In this document: one piece after another, positions 63,173 to 64,000 of the stretch | How the letters are laid out: every line of letters begins with the position of its first letter | Numbering within the stretch: the stretch's first letter is position 1 | Origin: Nemertoderma westbladi | Taxonomy: Eukaryota > Animalia > Xenacoelomorpha | NCBI GenBank assembly: GCA_032718475.1 | Contig: JAUCBJ010008942.1 | Location: 29,682-93,681, forward strand | DNA: 64,000 nt | Reading direction: 5' to 3' | The notes under the pieces: model-generated | Database searches by the model: none | Seen by the model: the letters and a program-made list of their open reading frames with translations, nothing else | What the model was told of the DNA's origin: nothing | Program-made: the position numbers and the translations under genes

Positions 63173-64000
63173 GGGGGGGGTATACCCCCCATGAACCTTT
63201 TTTTAAAATGGCTGTCAATTAGTGTTAAATGATAATATTGCTATTTTGTCATGGTCAACCACTGTATGGAAGGCTAAATAGCCTTTATAGTAAAATTTGA
63301 AAATTTATAGCCTCACCCTAGCGGCTGGTGGCGGAATTAAAGATTTCACTAAAATTGCTACTAGTCCCTCAATTTTGGTCCAAATTTCTTGAAACCAACT
63401 TTTTTGGACTGATCGGCTCTATTGGACGGATTTTGGCGTGATCGACTCTACAAAAGTTATCTTATATAATTTTTAATTAGCCATTTTTATTTTAATTAAT
63501 TAATTAAATTAATTAATTATCATATTTTTAATTCAAATTGGCTAATTAGAAGAAATAGTCATATTTATCAAAATTCCATAACATAACTTTTAAAGAGCTT
63601 CCAAAGCTCATTCGAATGAGCCATAAACGAAGAAAATTGGTCAAAAAATGACGGAGGAGTAGTAATTTGAAAATGAAAAATGTCATTCCGAGGAAATGCC
63701 CTTCAAAGTTTAAACCGTCCCGCCAAAATTGGTTGTCTGTGTTCTGGTTGGTTAATTATTTCTGGCACGAAAGATGCACACCAACGAGCTAAAATGTTCA
63801 TTACTGGGGTTTTCGGGGTCGCTGATTTCATTTCCGATGTCAGTTTTAATAATTTTTGGTGGAATCTAGTCTATCTGTCTGTCTGTCGGTCTTCTGTCTT
63901 TCTTACAATTTGACGGACAGACCGTCATACGGAAAAACAGTGCTAGCTCGAGAACTGAAAGAGGTCTTACTAAGCGGTTTTCAGATTTGTAATCCTTATT
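63173..64000. mobile_element. Possible non-autonomous DNA transposon end (TTAA followed by GGGG terminus, Kolobok-like)
   Basis: TTAA|GGGGGGGGTATACCCCCC at 63169-63190, followed by AT-rich non-coding sequence; the other end is not in the window. Confidence 0.3.

Overview
Eukaryotic (metazoan-like) genomic DNA. Most of the window is a deeply nested stack of retrotransposons lying upstream of, and possibly inside an intron of, a cadherin/protocadherin-like exon (61400-62900). Two BEL/Pao LTR families with unrelated LTRs are present. Family A has 530-600 bp LTRs (TGTTAGC...CCGTCACA): A1 1705-~4490 (-), A2 35283-42781 (+), A3 49807-57032 (-). Family B has ~1.15-1.18 kb LTRs (TGTAAAA...ACA): B1 8526-24248 (-), B2 ~4491-46329 (+). 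B2 is the oldest host. It contains a full-length RTE-type LINE (5176-24462) that was itself split by B1, a 5'-truncated LINE (28341-28982), and A2; each of these insertions has a visible target-site duplication. Main observation: none of the three intact 5' LTR junctions has a tRNA primer-binding site (no TGG). Instead, the 9-11 nt abutting each 5' LTR are the exact reverse complement of a sequence inside that element's own LTR, just downstream of the inferred transcription start, and this sequence co-varies between copies. That pattern points to tRNA-independent self-primed reverse transcription in BEL/Pao elements. Both families also carry a homologous CCHC zinc-knuckle accessory ORF in the env position, whose central domain is replaced in B2. 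The non-autonomous A copies carry arrays of short stem-loops in their 3' regions. All coordinates were read by eye, and no database searches were run.
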